From: an uncultured Planctomycetota bacterium
GTDB lineage: Bacteria; Planctomycetota; Phycisphaerae; Tepidisphaerales; Tepidisphaeraceae
NCBI GenBank assembly: GCA_963841915.1
Contig: CAWJEN010000006.1
Span: 832,001-896,000, forward strand
Length of the DNA: 64,000 bases
Direction: 5' to 3'
The notes beneath the pieces were generated by a model that saw only the letters and a list, made by a program, of their open reading frames with translations, had not been told where the DNA came from and searched no databases. This document shows, in pieces, positions 1-8,738 of this stretch. A program made the translations under genes and the position numbers. Within the stretch, counting starts at the first letter, position 1, and each line of letters opens with the position of its first letter.

Positions 1-317
1 ACGGCGTCTGACTCCTGCGGCTCGGCCTTCGCGTCGTCCTGGTTGGCGTGCTTCAGGTCGTCGGCCACGTGCTCGTAAACCGTCGCCAGGAATCCCAGCA
101 AACGAAACTTCGTCCGCGCGCTCCGCTCGAAAGGCGGGCGGCCGAGCTTTTGCAAGGCATTGTCACGTCCCAGCGGCGTCGGGTTGTCGAGCGCGGACAA
201 ACCACTGCCGCCCGTCGTGAAGGTCGACGGCGTGCCGAGACTTTCCGACAGGTCGATCATGACCTCGTCTTCGTCCTCGAGGTCGTGCAGGTCGATGTCG
301 TCGGTCATGTCGCTCAT
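1..317 (-). CDS. Hypothetical acidic protein, partial (runs off window start); probably translationally coupled to the SNF2 gene
   Basis: ATG at 315-317 overlaps the SNF2 stop (ATGA). Manual translation is open to position 1: MSDMTDDIDLHDLEDEDEVM...LQKLGRPPFERS...FLATVYEHV. Not in the ORF track. Confidence 0.6.
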   Translation of the reverse strand, partial: MSDMTDDIDLHDLEDEDEVMIDLSESLGTPSTFTTGGSGLSALDNPTPLGRDNALQKLGRPPFERSARTKFRLLGFLATVYEHVADDLKHANQDDAKAEPQESDA

Positions 318-3300
318 GCGGCCTCCGCGTCGGGGATCAAGTCATCGTCGTCGTCGTCCATCATCGACGCCTCGAAGTCGGCCGCGGCGGCATCGGCGGC
401 CGACTGGCCCTTCCTCGCCTGCGGGCCGAAGCTGTCCCGGCTCAGCGACAGGTACTCTTTCAGCTCGCCTGTCGACAACTCCGTCAGCCATTCGTCTCCG
501 CTGCCGACGATGTTCTGGGCAAGGGCCGTCTTTTCGGCCAGCATCTTGTCGATGCGTTCCTCGACGGTGCCAAGCGTGACGAACTTGTGCACCTGCACGC
601 GTTTCGTCTGGCCGATGCGGTAGGCCCGGTCGGTCGCCTGGTTTTCGACGGCCGGGTTCCACCAGCGGTCGAAGTGGAACACGTGCGTCGCTGCCGTCAG
701 GTTGAGGCCCAAACCGCCTGCACGCAGGCTCAGCACGAAGATGTCGGCCCCTTCGCCGTGCCTGGTGTTCTGGAAGTTGAGGATCATGTCCTCGCGTTTG
801 GGCTGGGGCGTTCCGCCGTGAAGGAACGCCATCGGCCGCCCGAGTCGCTGCTCGAGCATCGCCACCAGCAGATCGCCCATCTTGCGGTACTGCGTGAAGA
901 TAAGGGCCTTTTCGCCTTCTTCCATGACCTCTTCGAGCATCTCGGCCATCCGGGTCGCCTTGCCGCTGCGGGCAAGCTGCTTCTCGAGCTTGACCGTGTC
1001 GTTCATCGGGTCACCCGTCAACAGGGCCGGGTGGTCGCAGACCTGCTTGAGCTTGGTGAGCACGCTCAAGATCAGTCCGCGCCTGCGGATGCCGCTGGCG
1101 GTATCGATGCGGCCGATCATGTCGCCCGTGATCGTCTCGTACGCCGCCGCCTGTTCCGGCGTCAGGCCGCAGAAGACAGCCATTTCCATCTTCTCGGGCA
1201 GGTCGGCCGCGACTTCGGGCTCGTCCTTGGTCCGCCGCATAATGAACGGCCGGATCATCTCACGCAGCCGCCTGGCCCTGCCGCGATCGCCATGCTTCTC
1301 GATCGGGATGGCGAACCGCTCGCGGAACTCGCCCTGGCTGCCGAGCAGGCCGGGGTTGAGCAGGTCCATGATCGACCACAATTCGCCCAAGTGGTTCTCG
1401 ACCGGCGTACCCGTCAAGGCCACGCGACGCGGCACGTCGAGGCCGCGCACCGCCAGGCTGCTGGCGGCGTTGGGGTTCTTGACCTTCTGCGCCTCATCGA
1501 GCACGACGCGGCCCCACTTGACGCGGCGGAAGTCGTCCTTGTCCCGGTGCGACAACGCGTAGCTCGTGACGACGATGTCGGCCTTGTTGGCCTCTTCCTC
1601 GAAGAACTCGCCACGAAGTCGCCCCGGCCCGTGGTGGGGCAGGACGACCAGCTCCGGCGCGAAACGCGCCAGCTCGCGGCCCCAGTTGCCCAGCACACTC
1701 GTCGGCACAAAGAGCAACGTCGGATCCGGCGGCGGCATCTCGGCTGTCTTGTGCTGCGCCCGTTCGTGCTGCAGGAGGGCGATCATCTGCACGGTCTTGC
1801 CCAGACCCATGTCGTCGGCCAGAACGCCACCGAGGCCGAGGCGGTCGAGGAAGGCGAGCCATTGCAAGCCGCGAAGCTGGTACGGTCGCAGCTCGCCCTT
1901 GAACAGTTCAGGTTGCGGTAACGCCTCGGCCTTGCCGGGGACTTGTTCGAGCAGCTCGTCGACCCACTCCATGCCGCTGAGGCGGACGGCCGGCGCGGTG
2001 CCGGCAGCGGTGCGGAACTCGCCCAGGCCGAAGCCGGCGCGGAAGGCTTCTCCCAGCGTCAACTCGCCGGCGGGACGCTTGTCCATCAGCTCGGCCGCAG
2101 CGGCGGCGGCGTCCGGGTCGATTTCGATCCAACGGCCGTCGCGACGCACCAGCGGCTGACCGGCACGCACCAGCGCCCGGAACTCGGCGGCAGTGATCTC
2201 GTCGCCGCCGACCGCGATCCGCCAGTCGAACTTCAGCAACGCCTCCAGGCCCGCCCGGGCGCTCGTGGCCCTGGCGAACGAACCGTCGCCGAAGCCCAGC
2301 GAGTCGTCGGCCGGCCGCAGGTCCATCACCACTTCGACCCGCGCGTCGCGGCTGTTGGCCCACGACGGCATCCGCGCGTCGAACCCCGACTCGTGCAGAA
2401 TCTCGCCCCAGTCCCGCATCATCTTGAAGGCTTCCTCGCCCGTGAGGAACAGGTGCGAGACACGCTCGGGCGCGGTCGCGGCCGACTTGTCAGCGCCGCC
2501 GGCTTCGAGGACGCGGGCCAGCGGCGGCAGGAAGTCGCCCGCACGCCGCAGCTCGGCGGCGAGACGCTCACGCAGACGCACGGCGTTGCGGCCGACGTAG
2601 CCGATGCTGCCGGCCGGCTGGTCCCACACCTGACGCGCCGGCAGCGGGGCGTGCGTATCGGCCATGTCCGGTGGCGGTAGTAGACGCCACGTCAGCGGCC
2701 ATTGATCGTCGTCAAGCTCCTGGGGCACCGCGTGCGGGTCTTCGGCCAGGGCGGCCTCTTCACGTCGGAACGTGCGGGCCTCCTGCGAGTCGGGCTCGAG
2801 CAGCTCAAAGCCGAGCCGCCAGGGCTCGCCGCCGTCGTCGCCGAGGCGGGCGGTCCACGTCTGCACCTTGTCGAGCAGCGTGGCCACTTCGCGGTCGCGC
2901 CCGCCGACAAAGCGGAGCGAAGGTGTCGCGGCGATGGCGTCGGGGTCTCGAACGAGCGTGCTGATCCACTTCACCTCGGCCTCGGCGTCTTCGCGGTCGG
3001 CGCGTTCGTGGACGTTGCTGAAGAACTCGTCCTTGGCCAGGGCTTCGCGGACGAGGCCGTCGCAGCAGGTGTCGAGGAGTTGTTCGACGAGCTCGAGTCG
3101 ATCGGCGACGCGGCCTGCACCTTCGTCGGCACAGAAGCAGACGCCGGGCATGGCGGCGGCGAAGCGCTCGAGTCGCTCGACGTCGCGGCCGTCCCCGACG
3201 AGCAGCCGCCAGCTGGCGATAACGCCTTCGTTGCCGACGTTGTGGGGTCCGCCGCTGAGGTCGCGACGGGCCGAGGGGTAGAACTGTTCGCGGGCGACGG

Positions 3301-3586
3301 CGGCCTCGGCGAACTGCATCAAGCGGCCGAACGCCTGCATGGAGTCCGGGCCGTCTGCCTGGCGGAGCATTGCCAGCAGGTCGCTGCCGCTGACGGCGAC
3401 GGCGGGTTGCTCGCGAAGCGTGTCACGTCCGGGCTCTGCGACGTGGAGCACGTGCTCGGCGTGCAGGGACTGTTCGGTCCACCGCCACAACCGCCCGGCG
3501 TGCCAGGTGGCCTCACCCGCGCCGGCGGCGGGGGTCATGGGGACCACAGGAGCTGAAGATTCGGCGACGGCGGCGGTGTCTTCCAT
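314..3586 (-). CDS. SNF2/SWI2-family (DEAQ-box) helicase-like ATPase
   Basis: LRPYQ, LADDMGLGKT (motif I), VLDEAQ (II), TGTPVEN (III), LSLRAGGLGLNLT, WWNPAVENQATDRAYRIGQ (VI); 1090 aa. Confidence 0.95.
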   Translation of the reverse strand: MEDTAAVAESSAPVVPMTPAAGAGEATWHAGRLWRWTEQSLHAEHVLHVAEPGRDTLREQPAVAVSGSDLLAMLRQADGPDSMQAFGRLMQFAEAAVAREQFYPSARRDLSGGPHNVGNEGVIASWRLLVGDGRDVERLERFAAAMPGVCFCADEGAGRVADRLELVEQLLDTCCDGLVREALAKDEFFSNVHERADREDAEAEVKWISTLVRDPDAIAATPSLRFVGGRDREVATLLDKVQTWTARLGDDGGEPWRLGFELLEPDSQEARTFRREEAALAEDPHAVPQELDDDQWPLTWRLLPPPDMADTHAPLPARQVWDQPAGSIGYVGRNAVRLRERLAAELRRAGDFLPPLARVLEAGGADKSAATAPERVSHLFLTGEEAFKMMRDWGEILHESGFDARMPSWANSRDARVEVVMDLRPADDSLGFGDGSFARATSARAGLEALLKFDWRIAVGGDEITAAEFRALVRAGQPLVRRDGRWIEIDPDAAAAAAELMDKRPAGELTLGEAFRAGFGLGEFRTAAGTAPAVRLSGMEWVDELLEQVPGKAEALPQPELFKGELRPYQLRGLQWLAFLDRLGLGGVLADDMGLGKTVQMIALLQHERAQHKTAEMPPPDPTLLFVPTSVLGNWGRELARFAPELVVLPHHGPGRLRGEFFEEEANKADIVVTSYALSHRDKDDFRRVKWGRVVLDEAQKVKNPNAASSLAVRGLDVPRRVALTGTPVENHLGELWSIMDLLNPGLLGSQGEFRERFAIPIEKHGDRGRARRLREMIRPFIMRRTKDEPEVAADLPEKMEMAVFCGLTPEQAAAYETITGDMIGRIDTASGIRRRGLILSVLTKLKQVCDHPALLTGDPMNDTVKLEKQLARSGKATRMAEMLEEVMEEGEKALIFTQYRKMGDLLVAMLEQRLGRPMAFLHGGTPQPKREDMILNFQNTRHGEGADIFVLSLRAGGLGLNLTAATHVFHFDRWWNPAVENQATDRAYRIGQTKRVQVHKFVTLGTVEERIDKMLAEKTALAQNIVGSGDEWLTELSTGELKEYLSLSRDSFGPQARKGQSAADAAAADFEASMMDDDDDDLIPDAEAA

Positions 3587-3841
3587 GAGTAGTGCCGCCA
3601 GTGACCCGCCGTTGGGGGCGGGGCGTCTAGCGGAACGGCCACGATAGTCAGGCTCAACCGCCGACGCATTGGCCGATCTGCGGCGATGCGCACCGGCGGC
3701 CGCGGCGGCGCACGTCTTTTAGCGACGCACCACCTACGATGGCCGACGTCCCGCTTCGTAGCAGCACCGTCGGCCGAGTCTGTAACGCGACGTCAAACGC
3801 ATGCACGGCCGACGACCCGCCGACGCAGCCGCGGAGCCGAA

Positions 3842-3857
3842 TGTTCCACGTGGAACA
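3842..3857. other. parS site (ParB/Spo0J-binding palindrome)
   Basis: TGTTCCACGTGGAACA, perfect palindrome matching the chromosomal parS consensus. Confidence 0.9.
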
Positions 3858-3908
3858 TTCGGCGAGGACCAGAATACGGGCTGAGCGGCTCCGGCAAGGG
3901 TCGGCCGA

Positions 3909-3924
3909 TGTTCCACGTGGAACA
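3909..3924. other. parS site
   Basis: TGTTCCACGTGGAACA. Confidence 0.9.
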
Positions 3925-4004
3925 AAGCGACGTCGCCGCCCACGCCAACGCCATTTGGCCGCCGCGGCGCAACGCATTTGGCCAATTTTAAAGCTCGCCG
4001 ACGG

Positions 4005-5177
4005 CTAATCGATGATTTTGACGAGGCTGTTGCCCTCGTAGAGCATCTCGTAGACGGCCTCGATGTCGTCGTCGAGCAGGCGGACGCAGCCCATGCTCGC
4101 GTTGGTGCCGATGGTGTCGGGCTCGATGGTGCCGTGGATGCCGTAGGAAGGCTGCCCGAGTGCGTCACCGCCGATGCCGGTGAGGCCGATCCACCGTTCG
4201 CCCAGCGGGTTCTCCGGGTTGTCGGCTGCGTAGACCTCGCTTGTTCGCGGGTTGGTCCACTGCGGGTTCTCGAGCTTGCTGCCGCGGGTCACTTCCCACA
4301 AACCCGTCGGCGTCGAGCTGTCGGCACCAAGGCCCACGGGGTAGGACCAGAGGTACATCGACCCGCTCGTCCCCGGCAGACCGCCGAGGTAAAGGTCGAT
4401 CTCGAACCGGCTCTTGCTGACCGTCGCGTGGATCGGGCCCTTGATGGTCTTAAGCGTCTGGCCCACGCGGATGCGATTGGGCTGGACCCCGTTGATGCGG
4501 GCGATGAACTGATACGGCACATCGAGCGGGCGGGCGATCTTGCTCAGCAGGTCGCCCGACTGAACGGTGTATTCGCCCTGAAAAGGGTCTTCCTTGTACC
4601 GCTTGGTCGGCGTGAAGACGATCACCTGGTTCACGTCGCGCAAACGCTTCTTGACAGCGTCGGCGGTCTCCTCGTCGAGCGTGCCGGATTGCAGGGCATC
4701 ATTGAGCAGCGTGCGGGCGGCGAGCAGGTCACCGGTGCCGGACAACCGGTCGGCTTCTTCGAGGAAGCCCGAAGCCGGCGCGGTGGGCGGCAGGTAGGGC
4801 TCTTCGGCAGCGGGCTCGGCGGCGGAGGTGTCCATCGCTGCGACCTGAGCGTCGGGCTCGTTGGGCTCCTCGGCGGCAAGGTTCCAGTCGTCGTCGGCCG
4901 TCTTCTTGTGCGAGGGCGTCATCGTCCGGACGACGCTCGACGGGATGGCATCTTCCTGCGTGGGCGTCGACTCGACGGCCTTGAGCGTGCCCGTCGGCTG
5001 CGGCTCGGCAGCAGGTGTCTCGTCAGCTTGAGCGACGGCGTTGTCGTCCGAGCCGAACGGGCCGATCAGGTAGAAACCGAAGACGAGCACGCCGACCAGC
5101 AGCAGCGCGACAAGGCCGCGGCTGAGGAGACGACTGCGGGAACGAGACGACGAGCGAAGCAGGGCCATAGATGTCAC
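4005..5177 (-). CDS. LysM-domain L,D-transpeptidase (YkuD family), membrane anchored
   Basis: N-terminal TM helix; LysM (YTVQSGDLLSKIA...IRVGQTL); catalytic GIHGT...ASMGCVRL motif. Confidence 0.9.
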   Translation of the reverse strand: MTSMALLRSSSRSRSRLLSRGLVALLLVGVLVFGFYLIGPFGSDDNAVAQADETPAAEPQPTGTLKAVESTPTQEDAIPSSVVRTMTPSHKKTADDDWNLAAEEPNEPDAQVAAMDTSAAEPAAEEPYLPPTAPASGFLEEADRLSGTGDLLAARTLLNDALQSGTLDEETADAVKKRLRDVNQVIVFTPTKRYKEDPFQGEYTVQSGDLLSKIARPLDVPYQFIARINGVQPNRIRVGQTLKTIKGPIHATVSKSRFEIDLYLGGLPGTSGSMYLWSYPVGLGADSSTPTGLWEVTRGSKLENPQWTNPRTSEVYAADNPENPLGERWIGLTGIGGDALGQPSYGIHGTIEPDTIGTNASMGCVRLLDDDIEAVYEMLYEGNSLVKIID

Positions 5178-5271
5178 CTCCGTGTGACGATGCGAAGTCG
5201 CCCGCCGAACCGGCGGCGGGCGTTGAGGCAGGCGTTATACCACGTTGAGCCGTCCGGTAAAGTTCGCCGGG

Positions 5272-5287
5272 CGTTCCACGTGGAACA
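5272..5287. other. parS site (1 mismatch)
   Basis: CGTTCCACGTGGAACA, intergenic between pyrD and the transpeptidase gene. Confidence 0.8.
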
Positions 5288-5294
5288 CCTCCCG

Positions 5295-6261
5295 TCAGAC
5301 GTAGGGCGTTTTGCGTGGTTCGGCCGGTTGGTCGCCGGGCAGTTCCAAGCTGCCGACGAGCTCGGAGAGTCTGTCGACCCCGTGCTTCGTGCAATAGTCG
5401 CTCAGGCCGTCGCAGATGTGGTTGGGCGTGGCCGGATCGACGAACAGGGCCGTCCCGATGGCAACGGCCGAGGCTCCGCAGAGGATGAACTCGAGTGCGT
5501 CCATCCACGTCTGTACGCCGCCCATGCCGACGATGGGCACGCCGTTGTGCCGAGTGACGTTGCGATAGACGCGGCTGACGAGGTGCAGGGCGATCGGCTT
5601 GATGGCCGGCCCGCTGAGCCCGCCGGTGACGTTGGCCAGTCTCGGCTTGCGGGTGTGAACGTCGACGGTCATGGCGGTGAACGTGTTGACGAGCGTGAGC
5701 ACGTCGGCCCCGCCGTCACACGCCGCCTGCGGCCGTCTCACAGATGTCCGGCACGTTCGGCGACAGCTTCACCATCAGCGGCTTGTCGGGTAAGGCGTCC
5801 TTGCAGGCTCGTGTCAGTTCCTTGAGCAGTCTGGCGTCAGTGCCGAAGGTCAGGCCGTCCTTGACGTTGGGGCACGAGACGTTGAGCTCCACGCCACCGA
5901 CGCCGTTGAGGCCGTTCATCGCTCCGACGACTTCGACGTAGTCATCCGTGGCGTGGCCGGCGACGTTGACGACGACCGGGCAGGGCATGGCGTCGATCTG
6001 CGGGAGCTTTTCGGTCATGAAGCGGTCGAGGCCGACGTTGGCCAGTCCGATGGCATTGAGCATGCCGCCGCGCGTTTCGACGATGCGTGCCGGTTCGTTG
6101 CCGGGGCGTTCGTGCCGGGTCACGCTTTTGGTGACGAACGCGCCGAGCGCTGCGAGGTCCATGAAGTCGGCATACTCCGGCCCGTACCCGCAGGTGCCGC
6201 TGCACGTCATGGTGGGGTTCGAGAGCGTGAGGCCGGCGAGATCGGTCGAGAGGTCAGGCAC
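5295..6261 (-). CDS. pyrD: Dihydroorotate dehydrogenase (family 1B catalytic subunit), split by a 1-bp frameshift near 5731
   Basis: N-part: SGTCGYG, TKSVT, GMLNAIGLAN, ELNVSCPN, VKLSPN. C-part: NT, GGLSGPAIKP, GMGG, IGTA. Removing one base gives the expected ETAQAACDGGAD. GTG start at 6261 inferred. Confidence 0.9.
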
Positions 6262-6350
6262 GCCCGTTTGTAGGACGGTCAGGAGCCACGAAAGCACAAG
6301 CCGCGCCCGAAGGGGCGCGGCTTGCGATGGTCTTGGCGAAGAGAAGCGTC

Positions 6351-6578
6351 TTACTTCTTCTTCTTGCCCTTCTTGTCGTCCTCAGCCTCGGGCTTCTTGG
6401 GGGTCTTCTTGCCGACCGAGAGCTTGCGGTTGCTGGTCTTGGGCAGGCCCAGAACGTACGGCTCGTCCTTGTCCACCTTGCCGTTGCCGAGCAGTTGCTC
6501 AAGGCGTTCGCTCTTGGTCAGGACGTTGCGGTGCCGCGTGAGGTTGCTGGCACCTTTGAGGCTGGTGTGAATGCTCAT
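6351..6578 (-). CDS. PVC-superphylum small basic protein (signature nucleic-acid-binding protein)
   Basis: MSIHTSLK...RHRNVLTKSERL...VLGLPK with Lys-rich tail, 75 aa. Confidence 0.85.
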   Translation of the reverse strand: MSIHTSLKGASNLTRHRNVLTKSERLEQLLGNGKVDKDEPYVLGLPKTSNRKLSVGKKTPKKPEAEDDKKGKKKK

Positions 6579-6641
6579 AGCGGCTCTCCGGTTCGGGTTC
6601 GTTTCGAGTGGCCCGCACGTTAGGAGGCCAAAGGCGACGCT

Positions 6642-6953
6642 TCAAGCCGCTTTGCCGCGCCAGATCAGCGACTGCTGATTCAACGGCACGAGCGTCGCTC
6701 TGCCGCCGCGCTCGATGTTGCAGGCGATGTCGATCGCCTTCTGGAGCTTGTCAGTCGGGACGACCTTGTACGCCGGCCCTCGACGACGATCGACGTGGTC
6801 GTACCAGCACCCGCCGAACGCGTGATCGAGGCAAACGCGCATGAAGCAGTGGTCGAAGCGAATAGGCCAGTCGCCTGCCGCCGTGGCCAGAGCGGGCAGC
6901 GTCTCCTTCATCAGTCGCAGATAGTCGGCCTCAAGTGCCGCCCGGTCAGACAT
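6642..6953 (-). CDS. Conserved hypothetical protein (WPxxFDHCF family)
   Basis: WPIRFDHCFMRVCLD...W...PAY...LNQQSLIWRGK; ATG at 6953 preceded by a TACGGT hexamer. Confidence 0.7.
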   Translation of the reverse strand: MSDRAALEADYLRLMKETLPALATAAGDWPIRFDHCFMRVCLDHAFGGCWYDHVDRRRGPAYKVVPTDKLQKAIDIACNIERGGRATLVPLNQQSLIWRGKAA

Positions 6954-6975
6954 GAAGCGACCGTAGCGTAAGCCC

Positions 6976-7818
6976 TTGCCGCAGACGAAACGCGAGATCG
7001 ACGCGATCCTCACCGCCGCCGACATGCGGCCTCGGCACCGGTTCGGGCAGAACTTCATGGTTGAGCCGGCCATCGTCCGTCTCATTGCCGATGCCGGCGA
7101 GATCAGCTCCGGCGAGCAGGTGATCGAAGTCGGCCCGGGTACCGGAACGCTGACGGACGAACTACTGGAGCGTGGGGCGAAGGTGACGGCCGTCGAGATC
7201 GACCGCGACCTCGCCGCCGCCGCCCGCGAGCGGTTTGGCGACCGTGTCGACGTCATCGAAGGAGACGCCTTGGCCGGTAAGCACGAGCTGCACCCGGCCG
7301 TTCATATTGCAGCCAGCAGCGGGGCCAAGCTGGTGGCCAACCTGCCTTACAACATCGCCTCGCCGCTCGTCATTGAGCTGCTCATCGCCGGCAGTCCGCT
7401 GCTGGTCTTTACGGTGCAGAAAGAGGTTGCCGACCGGCTCAGGGCCTCGCCGAGCGACGGCAAGCAGTACGGGCCGCTGAGTGTCGTCGTGCAGTCGCTG
7501 GCGGACGTGGAGGTGCTTCGCACGATCCCACCGACGGCGTTCTGGCCGCCTCCCAAAATTCAATCGAGCCTCGTGCGGCTGAGTCGGAACGTCAAAGTTG
7601 CGGGCGACCTCGCCAGCTTCGGCCGCTTCGTGAGCGTCGCCTTCGGGCAGCGACGCAAGACGATTCGCAAGTCCCTGACCAGCCTGTGCGGCCCGTCGCT
7701 CGACGTCGTCCTCGCAGCGGCACAAGTCACCGGCGACGAACGGGCCGAGCGCCTCACGCCCGAGCAGTACCGGCACATGTTCGCCCGCTATGCCGCCGCT
7801 TCGCCGGGTTCAGGGTAG
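6976..7818 (+). CDS. rsmA: 16S rRNA adenine dimethyltransferase
   Basis: FGQNF, EVGPGTGTLT, VEID, VANLPYNI, QKEVA, FWPPPKI, QRRKT. Confidence 0.95.
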   Translation: MPQTKREIDAILTAADMRPRHRFGQNFMVEPAIVRLIADAGEISSGEQVIEVGPGTGTLTDELLERGAKVTAVEIDRDLAAAARERFGDRVDVIEGDALAGKHELHPAVHIAASSGAKLVANLPYNIASPLVIELLIAGSPLLVFTVQKEVADRLRASPSDGKQYGPLSVVVQSLADVEVLRTIPPTAFWPPPKIQSSLVRLSRNVKVAGDLASFGRFVSVAFGQRRKTIRKSLTSLCGPSLDVVLAAAQVTGDERAERLTPEQYRHMFARYAAASPGSG

Positions 7819-8717
7819 ACCATCGCCATTTCCTCGATGCCGATGTCGAACAGCGGTTTGGTCTGGTCAACCGACAGTTCGCCTCGCCACAAACGGCCTG
7901 CATCCCGGACGTACTCCACTGCACGTTTTAGCGTCTTGGCGTAGCGGCCATGAGCAATCGTTGTCGAAGCAAGGGCGGCATTAACCTCGTCGCTACTCAC
8001 CTGTTCGTCCTTGGCCAGCCGTTGGGTGATCTTGATGAGTGGAGCACTTTCGTCGTAGAAATTGGTCTCAACGAGGTATCGGTTCCACTTGCTCTCGTCC
8101 GGCTTCGTCAGCACGCGCTCGTAGTGTTCGACGTTGATCTTGAAGGTCTGAATGCGGTCGATCAGGCCGTCGAACCATGCGTGGATGTGGTCGTCATCTG
8201 GATTCAGCGTGTGGATGCGGATGAGCTCGCGGCGGGTCACTTCGCGAAACAGCCGGTCGAGCTGAGGCGTGGCGACCTTCTTAGCCGGGTCGAGCATGTC
8301 AGCCTCCATAACGGTCCCGCTGCCGAAGCGCTTCTTGAGCATCAGGACGTCGCAATAGATCGTGCACTCGTTAAAGCCCGGGAAGTCGTCCTGCTGCTTG
8401 AAGTGGTCGAAAACCGGCTTCATGTGACGGTCGATGCTGCGATGAGCCAGGGCCGAAAGGACAAAAGCCAGCTTCTTCTGCCAGTTGTTGTCTGCGTCAC
8501 CGGCGGGCTTGTCGGCTTCCCCGCGGCAGTAGGCAATGAGGTCGGCACTGAAATTGTCGGCCCGGCGGGTCACGCCGCCCATCTGGGCCATGATGTCGTT
8601 CTCCTTGGCGTCCCACACGTCGACAAAGGCCGGCTCAATCCCGCCGTCTTTGCCTAAGGCACGGCACAGGTTGCGGGTGTCGAAGCTCGCGGCGGTGTGG
8701 CAGATGTGCTCGCTCAT
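7788..8717 (-). CDS. Hypothetical protein, possibly Zn-dependent phospholipase C/S1-P1-like helical hydrolase
   Basis: 309-aa ORF with N-terminal His (MSEHICH) and HxxxD (AHRSIDRH); family assignment is tentative. Confidence 0.6.
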   Translation of the reverse strand: MSEHICHTAASFDTRNLCRALGKDGGIEPAFVDVWDAKENDIMAQMGGVTRRADNFSADLIAYCRGEADKPAGDADNNWQKKLAFVLSALAHRSIDRHMKPVFDHFKQQDDFPGFNECTIYCDVLMLKKRFGSGTVMEADMLDPAKKVATPQLDRLFREVTRRELIRIHTLNPDDDHIHAWFDGLIDRIQTFKINVEHYERVLTKPDESKWNRYLVETNFYDESAPLIKITQRLAKDEQVSSDEVNAALASTTIAHGRYAKTLKRAVEYVRDAGRLWRGELSVDQTKPLFDIGIEEMAMVYPEPGEAAA

Positions 8718-8738
8718 GGCACAGCGTACGATGAGGCC

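Larger units (their letters stand above)
3687..3971. repeat. 285-bp dispersed element copy 1, carrying two parS sites and bounded by imperfect 15-bp terminal inverted repeats
   Basis: Collinear with 39640-39924 at constant offset 35953; ends TGCGCnnCGGCGGCC / GGCCGCCGnnGCGCA. Confidence 0.8.

Noticed and set aside
3842..3924. parS pair as a mini CRISPR array (repeat-spacer-repeat)
   Set aside because: Repeat is only about 16-18 bp, matches parS exactly, has two units, and no cas genes are present
3654..4008. Short ORFs containing MFHVEH / VPRGT / CSTWN peptides (also 39273-39981)
   Set aside because: These peptides are just translations of the parS palindrome; ORF boundaries differ between the two element copies
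5235..5244. TTATACCAC as a DnaA box / oriC
   Set aside because: Does not fit TTWTNCACA; no box cluster or AT-rich unwinding element found
3978..5825. Long alternative-frame ORFs (e.g. 3978-5825, 587-1921, 31997-33712, 54508-56346, 59618-61285)
   Set aside because: Antisense shadows of well-supported genes, expected in high-GC DNA; no recognisable motifs
5295..6261. pyrD and lolD as true pseudogenes or programmed frameshifts
   Set aside because: All catalytic motifs are intact, there are no slippery heptamers, and the indels fall in short homopolymers typical of sequencing error
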